Below, one piece after another: positions 26,766 through 40,778 of a stretch of 64,000 nt of DNA (position 1 is its first letter; the number at the start of each line of letters is the position of its first letter). The notes beneath the pieces are model-generated. The model ran no database searches. It saw only the letters and a list, made by a program, of their open reading frames with translations, and had not been told where the DNA came from. Source of the DNA: Enoplolaimus lenunculus (lineage: Eukaryota); assembly GCA_030248215.1 (NCBI GenBank), contig JASANG010003130.1:62001-126000 (forward strand). Reading direction: 5' to 3'. A program made the translations under genes and the position numbers.

Positions 26766-27629
26766 CAAACTTTTATAAATTTTTAGATTCATGAATTTGT
26801 TTGAACAGTAACACTCAAAATGCTTTTGAATATTTTTTGAATTTATTTTGAACTGAACAGGTTTCGGGTCAATAGTCAAACGCTATTTTCAACGCTTCCC
26901 GTGTTTTAAACAGCATCTTTCAAACCGCTTTTTTGATAGCGGATATATTTAAATTTTTAAATGCATTGCACGAGTAGCAAAACGGTGTTCAATGCCATTT
27001 GGTGTTTGTCAAAAACTGGTTTTTAGCATCAATATAAATGCTTTTTCCTCAAACGCGAACCATGCTTCGTATTTGTGACACTATTTGTTACTTAGAAATA
27101 CATTAGGTTGATTGTTGATTAAATATTTTTTTCAAATCAAGCTAATATTAAACACATGGTGAGTGTCTGTGTAGTAAAATCGAGCCAACAGATACAAGGT
27201 CAGTATTTTATGCCCCATCAACCAGCTGTTTCCAAAAAATTGCAACTATAAGCAAAGAAAACGTGTATGCACTAAAAATTAGGACTATCAAAACTCAGAA
27301 TTCTGAGTTTATTCAACTCGTGTTAATTAGTCTACTTAACCCGAATACAACCAATTCATAGTGAGAATCAACTCAAGAGTTCATTTTTACAGAGTGTAAA
27401 GTGCGTAAACCTGCTACGATTTTAATATAGTTGTGTAATGAGAAGAAATTGCCTACGCATCGGCAAAGTTTGTTGGTTATTTGTGTAATATAGAGTTAAA
27501 ACTTAAAAGTAACCAGTTAAAATTTAAAAAAGGAAACATTGAGTTTCATTAAACTATGCCCTGCTCAAAACTTAAATACTTTAATTTTAAAATTTAAATA
27601 ATTGTATCAAAAAAGCATTGAGTGACTTG

Positions 27630-27799
27630 TAGGCCTCGTAGCCAGCTCACCTTGCTACGAAGGCTAAAAAATCTTCACGGGGGCATACCAAGGTTTTCGT
27701 TGATTGAACAAGCAAGGTTGAAAATTTTATAGGGCAGGCCAAAATTTTTCCAGAGAGGGGGGCTAATCGGCCCTGGCTCTTCCGTTAGCTACGTGTTGG
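27630..27799. mobile_element. hAT-like MITE family A
   Basis: Family core. TSD gtgacttg/atgacttg. Confidence 0.75.
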
Positions 27800-30242
27800 A
27801 TGACTTGAAGTCGAGGCGCACGGCTTCGGCAGGATAATCATCAGTTGGTGTCTACATTTAATCATTTCATGACAAAGAGTGCGTACACTGACGTGTATAG
27901 TACAGCCTATTTCAATCTTTTGAACATGATCGCCTTTAATCTCTTTTCATATCTTAACCCTAGATACTGTTCCGTCTCGGATCGACAATTTTTCGGTAGG
28001 AAAGGATACGTTTTGTGTTCCGAAGACTTATTATAACATTAAAGCACCGTTTTGGTATATTTTTTATATTACAAGATTGAGCAATTGCCATGAAGATGCC
28101 AAGTAGTTGAATTCGTGTTATAACCTAAACCATAATTTTTACGTATTTGGCAAGAAAGCACATTTTTTACAAGATTTTCACAACAAATTTCACGAGGATA
28201 TATCGCACCTATCCGCCCTTGTATATTGTGTCCCTGTGCCAACTGTAGAGTATAAATTTATACGTAATTTCTACGAACGAATTAGTCGCTCCAGTCTCGA
28301 GGGTATCGTTAACGCTAAGTGTCTTTTGAACCAGATGGACCATTATTAATAAATGCAGAAAAAACATCATTAAGCTTCGTAGTCGCCTAGATTACACGCA
28401 AAAATGAGCATTCATTTGAATATTAATACCATTACTTTAATAACGTCGGATCTAGAAATTTCCAAATGGATGCTAGCAACAGTATATATACCTATAGTGA
28501 ATAAAGCCTAGCGAACTCACAGCGAGCAAGAAGCCAAACGCTATTGTACCTAGTGGCAAAATAGTAAAAAGGTAATACCGTGGGGTCTTCCTACTTTGTT
28601 GTAACTTTTTTAAAATAATTTACCGAAGGGGATACAACGTACACCTTCCCTGCTTTCTTATTTTTTCGTCCCTGAAGCTAAACAATGCTAAATTCCAGGT
28701 GTTAGTAATATTGGCGACGAGTTTAGTTGATGCGTTTAATGTACAGAACTGGGCCGTTACAATAGTATAAGCATAGCCTAAACCTAACCTAAGCGTAAGC
28801 CTAAGTTTAACCACAAAAATTAATTTGAAGCTCAAGCTTACTCTACTGCAGCCCCACAGAAAAACGTTCTGCTCGTAATCCTTACGACACTGTTACAGGC
28901 ACTACAAATCGCACGGTTGGTGAGCGTCTGGCCTAACACGGGACAATTGTTAGAACAAAAATCAAATTTAAAAATTTCACTCGATCCAAAGAAATTTTGG
29001 CGGGTTTGAATTAAAAAAATGTGTCCAGCTTCTGGCTTGCTTCGTTCGCGAAATTTCATTTCATTAAATGCTGACGTGGCTGATGCTTCGGCTCGGTCAA
29101 CATCCACTATACATGGTACAAAACAAAATTGTTTTAATCTAAAACGGTACAAGGTCTGGTTTTCGAAGGGGCGCGGTGGTCCCGAAAAGCCTAGGCTCCG
29201 CGTTGTTAGTGAATTTTTTCTTTGTTCATCCACTTACAATTGCTGGTTACAACGCTGATTGCTAGCAAGATGCGTTGGGAAATTGTATGAGTAGGCTTCT
29301 ACCACTGAAATTGGTGTTCGTACAGATAGTCAATGGTTTGTTAGTATTCTATTCACGTTCAGTTCGCAAATGCTTTTGACGAGTCCGTTTACCTGCGCAA
29401 TATTTTTTACAGCTATTTTGCTACGAAAACACATTATGAGCATTTAATGGACAATTTGGGAATGAAACGTTTCCAAAAATATTTCCTGCGAGACAATCCG
29501 TCATCTATTGCTTCCCTAAATCAGCTACCCTAATTATATATTTCTTTACATTACAACTGGTGACCTAATGATGAGAGGAATAACTGTTTTGTATCGTTTT
29601 GTACTCTGTTAAAACGCTGCACTTACAACACTTTAGTTATATTTCACAAACTTCTTTAAGTATAAGCGTACTAAATATTGAGTAAATCTTTGCTTAAACA
29701 ATGTAAATAAGTAAATATACTGCTGTCGTTTCCTGAATAATTAAGTAAATGTACAGCTGAGAATTTTTTGTTTGCTTGAAAATAAGTAAAACTTTGCCAA
29801 GCACCATAGTAAGTAAAACCGACACTTACTACGGCAACAGTTTTACTAAATTTTAAGTATATTTATTAGCGAGTAGTTACTGCTTTCTAGCACTAGCTTA
29901 CAAACATCAAACTTGATCTTACAGAACTATACAATTTTCTGTCAGTAAATTCAAGTCCAGCCAGAAGCCACAGAGGCGGGGTGGTTGGCTACAGCCTAGT
30001 ACCGTATGAAAATCAACGACTGAAAAGTTTTAGCCTCGCTTGTAAGTCTTGTCAAATCAACAGCCTGCCAGTCCTTAAATTGCTTTGTTCTCATAGCATA
30101 CGAACCAATGGCTGGCTACCGGCCTGCTCGTAGTTAAGTTTCGAACCCAGTAAAACAACCAATAAGATTTTAGACAAGCTGGTGTAGCCAACATATTACA
30201 AAATGGGGCCTGGCATTTATTTTTGCAACAGATCCAGGTTTT

Positions 30243-30432
30243 GGCCCATGCAAAGATCAGGGGCGGAACGTTTTTCAGTGAAACTGCAATAGAGTAAGCT
30301 TAAGCCTTAGACAATTTTTTGCCAAGGTTTATTAGGCTTAGGTTTAGTCTTAGGTATACCTGAGCTCATTCTTACAGGCTTCGGCTCAGACTTAAGAATA
30401 TGCTTATATTGTTCCGGCCCATGTTCTATTCG
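30243..30432 (+). mobile_element. TTAGGC-bearing MITE (family T), degenerate right end
   Basis: GGCCCATGCAAAGATCAGGGGCGGAAC ... GTTCCGGCCCATGTTCTAT. Confidence 0.75.
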
Positions 30433-31120
30433 TCCAGATTTTGTTAGCCGAGTCCAATGCCTGACATTATTAATGGTATATTTAAATTATTTAAAAACAA
30501 ACAAAAACATGCTATTTTTGACTCCCGAACTTGAAACACGAGTTAAAAGCAGGCATTATGATCATAGAATAATTGAAAAGCACTTTTTAATCAAAATAAT
30601 TTGTCTTCTAAGTTTACAATAGTTATTTTTATGAAAATAGTGCAATTTCGGGCGCATACATACCGCCCTAGCGCGCCTTTCACGTTTCATTAATAATAGG
30701 ATGTGTAATTTTAGATGGCGTTCTGATTTATGGGAAAGGTTAAATTTAACTAGCGTGCGAGTCTTGGTGCAATAAACAATTTTAATTAAACTTTTATGCC
30801 GGTGCGGAACAAGATATCGTAACTCATACACTAGTTTAGAGCGGGTCATAGTCAGATGAGGCTAGAAGGGTGCTCAATCCTTCCCTGAAAGAATTTTGCC
30901 CCCCTATACGAAAATTTTAAACCTTTCTTGGAAGCAATCGAAAACCCATGTATGCCCCTCCAGAAAAATTTTTTATCTCCACTAGCAAGGTGAGCTGGCT
31001 ACGGGTCTGGTTTACGGTCTTTTCTGGCAACCAAAATAGGGTACTGATAAAATGCAACGCGCTCAGAATACATCTTTTACATTTTTTCTTCATAGAATAT
31101 TTCCTGTTTTATATATGTTG

Positions 31121-31289
31121 CGGGTTCGTAGCCATGGGGCCCCAACAGAGGTTCAGCCCCCCCCCCCTGCAAAACTTTTAGCCCCCCTTTAGAAAATTTT
31201 CACTCTTGCTTGTAAGTCATAGAACACCCTTGTATGCCCTCCTGAAAATTTTTTAGCACCCCAAGCCCAGTGAACTGACTGCGGGCATG
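31121..31289. mobile_element. hAT-like MITE family A
   Basis: TSD atatgttg/gtatgttg. Neighbouring copy at ~30842-31009. Confidence 0.8.
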
Positions 31290-32903
31290 GTATGTTGTCT
31301 AAACACTACCTTCATTTCCTGTCTATAGTACTGCGTTGTCCGAACATTTTCCGTTTATTATCAGTCGCTTCATGCCTTGATCTTAAAAGAACATATCAAT
31401 GATAAAATCACCTTACTTGTGTTGTTAAATTATCATCTCGGGCTCGTGTATAAAGATCAGAGGCGGAACATTTATCTGCGGGACTGAAACAGAGTAACCT
31501 TTTCGGCCCTGGTTTACTTTTTATTTTGTGGTACGTTTGACATGTTGTGCATGCTATCAATATCAGGTTTGTGCCTAGGCATTTAGTTACAATTCTTTGA
31601 GCATCAGGCTATATATCACCCTACTGGCCAGAAAATGCTTAATCTGAACCGTAAACATATGTTTGTGGCCAAAAAGCATGAAAACATGGCCAGGCTACAA
31701 AAAAATCATAATTAACTGATATTTATTTGGCCTCTTAAGAGGATACCACCGGTTATTTGGATACGGACTGATATTTGTTTTCAACCTGTCCTCCGCAACC
31801 CTTCCTTTACTGATATATCCGGTATTGCAACTATCCATAGTATTAAACGCTTTTTGCCTATCATCAAAAGCTTGAGCGATAATGTAAGGTTATACTTTAG
31901 AATGTTACTTTAAAAACTTAAGTACGCTTTAAAGTTTCGAACTCAACTTCATTTGGTCGTGGAGTTATTTATGCGCTACAATTAGGGATAATTGACATTT
32001 AGGGACGCTAGGGTTTAGGGACTCTATCCGCTTACGCTCTCTTATTAGGGATACGAACTCCTATTGATTGGGACTCAAAATTGAGACACCCCTCTCCATT
32101 ACCCCCTCTTATTCGGGTCACTACAGTACGTGCTGACAATTTTGCGATGCAAATGATTAATCTGAAGTATAAAATGGGTTTAAAATGTTTACACTTCGGC
32201 GCAGTTGAAACAATCCTTCCATATCGAAAAACTTTGCTTGAAACTCGCTTTAAAATTGTAAAATTTTGAAATGCAAAAAAGTATCCCTCTTTCGAAATAC
32301 TCAGGATCCGTCCCTGTATGTTTTCAACCTTCGTGTGCTTCATACAAAAATACGGCTTCAACTCAATTTCAATCGGTTGCTCAACTCGAACGAAACCAAG
32401 GCACCGTAGCCAGCTCAATGTGCCAGAGGTAACCCAAACAATATTAAGAGGCGGCATCCATTTGATTTCTCAAGACTTACAAGCGGGGCAAAATAAATTT
32501 CTCGGTAGGGAAAGTATGAGTCTCCCCTGCTTTCTTTGGGCTACGGTCGTGGTCCAATTGAGTGTAATTCTATTTGAGCACATGCTCGCTAGAAGCAGTA
32601 ATTCAAACGACATTATTTTCTGAACACAAAAAACACTCACAAATATGCGGTCGAAATTTAATATTTTATTCAGCGGTTATTTCTCTACCAGCAATTCACT
32701 TAATGGCAATGGTTTGGCTTTATAAACGCAGGCTGCTGCGGTGGTAGATTTCTTGTTTAGGCCGTCTAAATGCTGCCATGTATAAACGGAATCAATTTTG
32801 GAAACAAGTGTTTATTGGTTTTTTGTTGGTGAAACCAAGACTGTACTTATATGATCGCACCATTGCAAACAAACACGCCCTTGTAGACTCGTTTATTTCT
32901 TTG

Positions 32904-33331
32904 TACTGTAGTGACCCGAATAAGAGGGGGTAATAAAACGGGGGCCCCCATATTGTGAGTCCCAATCAAAAAGATTCCGTATCCCTAATAAGAGTCCATA
33001 AGCAGATAGAGTCCCTAAACCCAAACTAGAGTCCATAAATGTCAATTATCCCTTTATTGTAGCGCATAAATGATTTCAAGGCCAAATAAAGTTCAGTTCG
33101 AAACTTTGAAAGTAAGATTCCAAAGTATAACCTTGTATTATCGCTCAACCTTTTGATTCAAGGCAAAAACGTTTTATTCACCGGATAGTTGCAATACCGG
33201 ATATACATCAGCAACGAAGGGTGGCGGAGGGCAGGTTGACAATAAATAACAGACCGTAACCGAATAACAGGGGGTACCCTCTCTAGAGGCCAAATGAATA
33301 TCAGTCCCCGTCTTATTCGGTCACTAGAATA
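32904..33331. mobile_element. MITE family D, full length
   Basis: TACTGTAGTGACCCGAATAAGAGGGG ... CCCCGTCTTATTCGGTCACTAGAATA. Confidence 0.8.
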
Positions 33332-33749
33332 CCAAACGTCAATCTTGCAGTCTTGCGTACGCATTCAAAGGTGTTCACGGAAACTTCAGCCTCTCTAGAA
33401 AAATTTTATTCCCCTAGAAAAGGTTAAGCCAGCTGGTACGTCATCGGACCAGCCGCTCATGGTGAACCATTTTGGGATACAATTAAGTTTGAGGTTTTGG
33501 TTGAAATATAGGCCAAGAGGGTATCGCGACAAAAACTCGTCGACTGACAACTTGTAATTCGAAATCCCGCCAGCTCCACATTTTATCCACGGCCATTTCT
33601 TCCGCTTAGGTCAAGGTTTGTGATTACTTAGATTTCTAGAATAATATGTTCAAGGAGAATTTGTAACTATGTGAAACATGCTTGTCCATTAAGTGCAAAT
33701 GTTGTAATACATTGCATTGTATACCGACTATAAAAGCAATTGAAGAGGC

Positions 33750-33889
33750 GGGCTACATGGCGCAGTGGGAGAGCGTTCGCTTAAGGATCCGTGGGCTGAC
33801 AGTTCAATCAACCCTTGTATGCCTGCTTTTCCAGACGATTAACGAAATGTCTTAAATCTTGGGTTGTACCGATTGAAAAAATAATGTCC
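33750..33889 (+). repeat. tRNA-derived SINE-like element ending in (TA)n
   Basis: A-box TGGCGCAGTGG and degenerate B-box AGTTCAATC, then GCTTTTCCAG, also seen in the 35.5-kb copy. Confidence 0.55.
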
Positions 33890-33994
<105 letters not shown>

Positions 33995-35211
33995 TTTTAA
34001 TAAATATCTGCGCCTTCCTGTGCGGAACCGGATCTTCTGCGCTATGTCCAAGCCGGTCCAGCATTTTATTTTTGTAAAAGTGTCGTGTTGTGTTTTTACT
34101 ACCGTAGAAATTATAATCCCCAATAAAAATACCATATGTTATTTGTTACTCCCAATGTAAGCATACCGTGCGGTTATGGTATTTTTTACTGTCCTTGTAA
34201 AGGTTTTTGTTCCCCCAGTAAATCAACCATATGGTAGTTTATAGATTCGATGTTTACTTTGTACTCCGTCTTACCTTGTTTTTATGAACAGTTAGTGGCG
34301 TTCATCTTGTTTCCTGGCTGGGTTCGAGGAAAGGTTTGTTGTTCATAAGTTTTGGCTGAGTTATCACCCTGTTATCCAACCAACCGACCCTTTACACAGT
34401 TGACAACTCCTCATATGCTACCAGTTGAAATAGCGTGTACATAATTTCATTCAAATGTAATCCTAAACCTTATAATAGTGATAGGCGACGAATTGACGAG
34501 TCGATGTAAATTCGGATTATCAGTTGTCTGTCGTCGTGGTGTCGGGTGAAAAATGATGTGATTGAGAAGGACATAATAAACAGTATATACCTTTTTAGAC
34601 TAACTGTACTGTAGGAAAGTGTTCGGATGAATAGATTTTAAAAACAGAAAAAAAACTAATTGAGAAAAGCATTTCTCGGTCACTGAACAATAACAACGGG
34701 TAAACTTTCTAATTGATTTGATTAATTTTATCGAAAACAGTCAAAACATGCTACAGCTCGCCTGTAGCCAGTTCACCTTGTTGAATGAGGGGATTAAATT
34801 ATCGAAGAGAGACGCCGAAGGATTTACGATAACTTACAAGCGAGGTTGAAATTTTTTGAAGGGGAAGCAAAATTTTTTATGTGGGGGCTGAGCCAGATGC
34901 GTTTCCTCTGGCTACGGGCTCGTGTGTTGAATTGAAAAATACAGTTTTAATGTTACGTTCTGTTGTGAAAGGTTGTGACTAATTGAATCAAAGCTGCAGA
35001 CTCGATACTTGCAGGTATTGTTAATATCGGGTGAGGCTTCTTACTGTAGTAACCTGAATAAGAGGGGTAATAGGAGGGGGTCCCCATTTTGAGTCCCAAT
35101 CAATAGGAGTCTGCATCCCTAATAAATGTTCGTGAGCGGATAGAGTTCCTTAACCCTAATTAGAGCCCATAAATGTCATTTATCCCAAATTGTAGTGCAT
35201 AAATGACTCTA

Positions 35212-35745
35212 ACAGTCTGGGTAGGAACCGGAAGTTCAAGCGGCCGTAGGATGCAAGGCAAGCGCTCTAACAGTGCGCCACGCAGCCGGTTTCTCCAACT
35301 GCATTTTTCGTCGACTATATGTATCAATCGTATTCTGCCAGCTAGCATGCATACAGTGCACTGCACTATATTGCATGTGCACATAATGGACAAGCATGTC
35401 TCACATGCTTACATGTCTTTATTTTTAACATGGACATACCTTGACCGTCCATCCTATTTTCGACTGGATACCGTGTTCGCCCGCGGAAATTTATCATTGC
35501 TCTCACAGAGTACTTCCCATGTCAGCCTAGGTAGGAATCGGGACTTCCGATCTTTTAACTAAGCAGCTGGAAAAGCGGGCCTGAAGAGCGGGGATCGAAC
35601 CAGCGGCCTTAAGATTCCGCGGCAAGCGCTCTACCAGTGCGCCACGCAGCCCGCTTCTACAACTGCAATTTTCGTCGACTATATGTATCAACCGTATGTT
35701 GTCAGCTAGCATACATACAGTGAACTGCACTATATTGCATGTGCA
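35212..35745 (-). repeat. Two tandem copies of a tRNA-derived repeat (~35212-35383, internally deleted; ~35522-35745)
   Basis: Minus strand GGGCTGCGTGGCGCACTGGTAGAGCGC...GGTTCGATCCCC carries A and B boxes. About 90 bp upstream is shared by both copies. Confidence 0.7.
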
Positions 35746-37394
35746 AAAATGTAATCTAGAATCTAAACCTACTCGTTTATGGACCCGCTAGAATCCTGGA
35801 CGCCCCTTAAAGTAACATGGGCCCCATTATTTATGGTATGGAGGTAAATTGGAGCAGTGTGGTCAGTATTTTGTTTCGCGAGAGCATACCCTGATTTGAA
35901 GATAAGAGTTTTTAGATTCTGAGACAACGCAGGTTATTCTCAAGCCAGCAAAAGTACATTTTTATTGTCGCCAGCAATTTCGGGGGTTGATATACCGCCC
36001 GAATGTCTCCCGCTATATACGCCCCTTGCGGCGAACGTGTAAAGCAAGCGACAAACTGTTACTTACAGATATGTGGAATTAAATAAAAACATATGAGCAG
36101 GAAATGTAAAGACCTTGCCGGACATACACAGACAATTCTCTCTATTTTGAGTTTAGTTCTTTTAATTTAAGTACTAAAATGGATTGGTTTGTCTTTCAAC
36201 TCAACTGCGGGCAAAATCCCGTTGGGACTCACAGTTTTCGGGCGTTTGAGTTGGCTTTACGCCTAAAATGTCGAATTTTGTATAGGACACCATGCGTCGT
36301 TTCTGTATTTCTTTACGGGTAACAAACTTGTATGGCATTTTTCATTAACTGGTTCAATTAAACCCTGTTCACGTGTGCAAGTTTTTTTCTTTCCGAGAAC
36401 TTGTAGCTGCAACTTACACGCGTAACATTCAGCTGCATGTATTTACATATAAATGTCAGTTTCAATTTGAATTTTAGTGCAGCTCCGAGTTTCTTGTTCC
36501 TGCATTCAAAGATGCAGGAACCGGAGTTTTTACGGTTTTGTGTTCAAATTGTTAATAATCATTTAAACATTGGAAACTTTGTCTTTGAAAATTGTTATTT
36601 CGAAATGAGTGTTTTTGCAATTGATCAACGTTGATAATAAATTGTTTATGTGATTTCTTCGCAAAATTTGAAGATGATATAGCTGAAATTCGCTTAAGCC
36701 AGTTTTGGCAAGTTTTCTGAAAAGTTCAACAGTAATTCCGAGATGAAAACATTTTCAAATTCCGGTTCCTGTTCCTGCCCCGGCAGAACGTATCATGAGT
36801 CTACAATTTTAATTAGGTCAAAGCTAATATGTCTGAACTATTACTTTATAAATATCAAATTTATTCAGCGACATAAGTATTTACTTAACTTAAGTACGCT
36901 TTTATAAACGACAGAATGTCTAAGTAATAAAACACATACTTAAGTATTAAGTCGTACTTAAGTAGGGATTCCGAAACCTAGCCATTGTCTTGTTTTTGTG
37001 AATCAAAAATTACAAACGCTAAGCCAATTCATTAAACGTAACACATTTTGAGACAAGGGCGAAGCAACAAATTTCAAATGATATTAGTCCAGTTGTAGCA
37101 TGCGTTATTGAAATTCTTGGCGATTTGCTAATCTTGTACTAAAACCAATATTTTGATCGCTTTTTTTGCAGTCGGTCCAACTAATTATAATTATTGTTAA
37201 TTGCTTAGTAAAACAGTTCATCAAAGCGAAAAAAAATTGTTTGTCCTATAAAACTCATAGTATCCTAAGGCTTGCTACAAGAGCATTTTTATTGCAGCCA
37301 GAAAATTTGGGAGAGAATATATTGTCCTCATTCCGTCGATTGTATACACCCTGAAAACCATTTAAGAATATCGTTTTAACGTTTTTGTTTTAAG

Positions 37395-37729
37395 GCGCTG
37401 GAAGATCATCAATTACACCTGAGCATAGTACTCAAGTAAATCTTATTCTACCATCCCCAGTTGAGCAACATAAACTCGAGTCTCTATCAAAAATGTCAAT
37501 AGTTCAAAACACTCCATCAACATCTGCGCACCACGCTGAACTCGAATCGAATTCAGCGAACACCACAAACGGAACGAACAACGTTACAGCCAAACTTGTC
37601 CGGTCACATAGTTCCGTCTGTGTTGGGTTGTCTGATGGCAACGAAACGGTCGCCTACGATAATCAAGAGGGCACTGCAACGGCAGGTTCATCGAAACTTA
37701 GCAGGAATGCTCGAAAAATTAGTCAACCG
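37395..37729 (+). CDS. RGS gene, coding exon 3 (AGRSSITPEH...RKISQP)
   Basis: TTTTGTTTTAAG acceptor ending at 37394, phase 1 (A+GC = Ser, fits exon 2). Open frame. GTAAGT donor at 37730, phase 0. Confidence 0.7.
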
Positions 37730-37768
37730 GTAAGTTTGGTTTAATCTGTATTATCAAGAGTGGATGAT

Positions 37769-38082
37769 CACAAGAGTGAGACAACTTTCTAGGTTGTACG
37801 TGGTACAAAATCTACCAGCGCTCGTTGTGTTTTTGCCCTACACCCCTTTATTCAGGGAGGACGATTGGAAGCATGCAATTGAGATAACGTTTAATAGTGT
37901 ATACGGGGCAGCCAACAAAATGTTTGACACTCAAAGTCAACAAAATTGTTCAACTGTACCCCACTCTCCCACTAAATAAGTGAGTAGACCAAAAACACAA
38001 CGTGCGCTGGGTACATTTTTTTGTATACAAACAGAATGTACCCAGTTGTGCACTCTTGTAAAACGAGTCATTCTCGACACTT
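37769..38082 (+). mobile_element. Family G element (Helentron/DINE-like: subterminal inverted repeat plus 3' hairpin)
   Basis: CAAGAGTGAGACAACT ... AGTTGTGCACTCTTG. Related to 22000-22345, 38140-38400, 42427-42722 and 59884-60150. Confidence 0.55.
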
Positions 38083-38482
38083 GGTATTATCAACAGTGAA
38101 TGATAGACTTTTAGACAAAAATATACGACTTACCTAATTTAGCACAGTTAAAAATGTACCAACACTCGTTGCGTTTTGGACCGATCCGATTTTAAGGATC
38201 GATGTCATTGGAAACGTGTTATATGCATATGGTTTAAAAATTGAAATCGAAAAGTGAAGAAAATAGGTCAACTTGTTCCCGCAGAATGGAGGCAGACGAA
38301 AAATGCAACGCGTACTGAATGCATTTTTGTGCATGAAATGTACACAGTTGCGCACCTCTGTCCACGGAATGCAGCCAGTTGCATACTTTTTATCCAAGAG
38401 CATTATATATGCACCGTTGCTATTTGGTATCGATGTCAGCTTAAAGTCCGCAGTAAGTTTTTTCTATCCGGTTACGTTCGTT

Positions 38483-38658
38483 GGCCCATGTATAGAACAG
38501 GGGCGGATAAGCTTTAGACTAACTTTTTTGTTTAGGCTTAGGTTTAGGCTTAGGCTTAGGCTTAGAAATAGGCTCATCCTTACGCTTAGGCTTAGGCTTA
38601 GGCTTAGGCTTAGGAATATGCATATACTAGTGTTCCGGCCCTGTTCTATACATTTGCC
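38483..38658 (+). mobile_element. TTAGGC-bearing MITE (family T) with the cleanest repeat tracts
   Basis: TIRs GGCCCATGTATAGAACAGGGGCGGA / TCCGGCCCTGTTCTATACATTTGCC. Two runs of 4-5 TTAGGC units. Confidence 0.9.
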
Positions 38659-38771
38659 CATTGGTTTAACTAAGTTGCCATATTTAAAATCCTTGTAGCA
38701 CTTGTCATCAGTTAGTGAGAGGTTTTGTAGCGGTCAAATCACGGCTGGCAGAACCTCCTCATAGGAACTTT

Positions 38772-38979
38772 GTCCTATGTAAACAACAGGGGCGGAACAG
38801 CATGATAAGCATATTCTTAAACCTATGCCGAAGCCTAAGCCTAAGCCTAGGCCTACGCGTAATAATGAGCATATTCCTAAGCATAAGCCTAAGCCAAGCA
38901 AAAAATCATTCCAAAGCTTCTGCTTACTCTTTTCTAGTCCCACATTAAAACGCTCCGCCCTCTGACCTTTACATGGGCA
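38772..38979 (-). mobile_element. TTAGGC-bearing MITE (family T), inverted relative to its neighbour
   Basis: GCCTAA blocks and family TIRs. Confidence 0.8.
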
Positions 38980-39271
38980 GAAACGTTCTATAGAGTATTA
39001 CCCATCCCCAAATTAGCTCCAACATTTGAAAAAAATGTGACGCATTTCTGGTGTCACAATTCGTCGACCGACAACTTGTGTACAAAATCTTTTCGACTGT
39101 CGACAATTTATCATCCATCATTATGCTAAGGCTTAGGGTTAGGATACTATCGGCCAAGCATTGGCCCGTTACTCGTCCGTTAACGCCTTTCCACAGATTT
39201 GTCTTTTAACCACCGATGAGATTATTATTTGATTTCGCAGGTTTAATTACGAAAATTTTTATCGCTTTTAG

Positions 39272-39357
39272 GTGTCAATATTAAACCGAATCAAAGGTAC
39301 CGCAACCCCAACAAGTGCACGTTCGGCATCGGGTGAAAATATTCGAAAAACATCATT
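39272..39357 (+). CDS. RGS gene, coding exon 4 (VSILNRIKGTATPTSARSASGENIRKTS); absent from the ORF track
   Basis: CTTTTAG acceptor ending at 39271 and GTAAGT donor at 39358. The 86-nt exon enters in phase 0 and leaves in phase 2, exactly bridging exon 3 to exon 5. Confidence 0.65.
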
Positions 39358-40588
39358 GTAAGTTTTGGCGAATTTAATTTTTTTCTACTTCTAAAGTAAA
39401 ACGTTTTTAACCTAAAAGACAAATAAATAACTTATCCGGCGTCGCTTTCAAAAATCAAAGCAGTATTGTATTTTTGCTGCCAGAGCTGTTACCCGTGTTC
39501 AGTATACGGGCCTGCTCACTTTGCCTAAACCTAAACCATAACGTAAGCCTGCACATAAGCCTAAGAATTTCAGTTTCTAAATTTTTGAGTCTTCCTGTCT
39601 TCTAAATGGGCATGCACAGTGGCATTTATGACGAGTTGCGGGCTGGCAAAAGTTATGAAACATAATTTTTACTGTATGCTATATGTGTGCCAATTTTTTT
39701 GAGAAGGAAACATTGTACGGTAGGGACCTTACGATTTTGGCACAAAAACTTTCTGACAGGGGCGCGTGCCCCCCGGCACCTTCTGGATTCGCTAATATGA
39801 ATGCGCCTAAAATTTACACGCACCAGAATTGAAATTTTAAGTGAATATATTAAAGAATCTGTAGCAATATGCAAACGAAATCGCAGCTGAAATCAGGAGT
39901 GGATCCAAGTGAATGGGGGGACCCATCAATGAATGACACTGGCTGTTATAAGGTTGGTTACCCGAGACTAAAGTCTTTGCCACCAATCCTTGGCGGAATT
40001 CCAACTCAGTGGAGCACACAGATCCAGCTGTATCCCTATACAGCTCTGTTGATTTAAAAATTTAAAATTAAATAGTTTAAAGTTTTATATCAAAAAATTT
40101 CTAATGTAAGACGTCAAAGCGTTTGCTGTACCTGCTTATACGCATCTAGTATATTAATAATAAATTATAGACTACTCAGTGTAAACTATAACCATTATTC
40201 CAAGTTTTATTAAGACTGTTTTTGATCATGCCTATTATTAATTGCCGTAACTTTTAGAAAGATGCTCTTATTGTTCGTTTTTTCTCCCAAAAACCCGTTA
40301 AACTAAAGTCCTAATTACTATAAATTTTCCATCTACACCTTGGTAGATATTGTGGGGTGGGAACATTTCAGGAGAGGCATGCAAATATTTTATGTAACTT
40401 ACTAGCTAGGCTAACATTTTGGGATGTTGACTTAGCTACCCTTCGTTTTCTTTGGCAACTGGACCTGAAAAGTCAGCTTTGTTCAGTTAAACGATACATA
40501 ATTCAACTATTTTGTATTCTGCTACTTTAACCACAATGCGTTTCTCGGAAATAGATCAAGTTTATGCCCGTGTTCCGAACGCTAAGAC

Positions 40589-40778
40589 TGCCCATGTAAA
40601 GATTAGGGACGAAACGTTTTTATGTGGGACTAGAATAGAGTAAGCTTAAGCTTTAAACTAATTTTTTGGTTAGGCTTAGGCGTAGGCTTAAGTAAAGCTC
40701 ATTGTTACGCTTAGGATTAGACTTAGGCTTAGGAATATGCCAATATGCTATTGTTCCACCCTGTTCTATGCAATGGCC
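40589..40778 (+). mobile_element. TTAGGC-bearing MITE (family T)
   Basis: Perfect TSD gctaagac at 40581-40588 and 40779-40786. Confidence 0.9.

Noticed and set aside
35582..35652. Functional tRNA gene (also 6597, 33750, 55800, 59338)
   Set aside because: A/B boxes are present, but the stems and anticodon arms do not form canonical cloverleaves by eye. tRNAscan-SE would settle it.
38530..38615. True telomere or chromosome-fusion scar
   Set aside because: The tracts are short and enclosed by TIRs and TSDs inside an intron.
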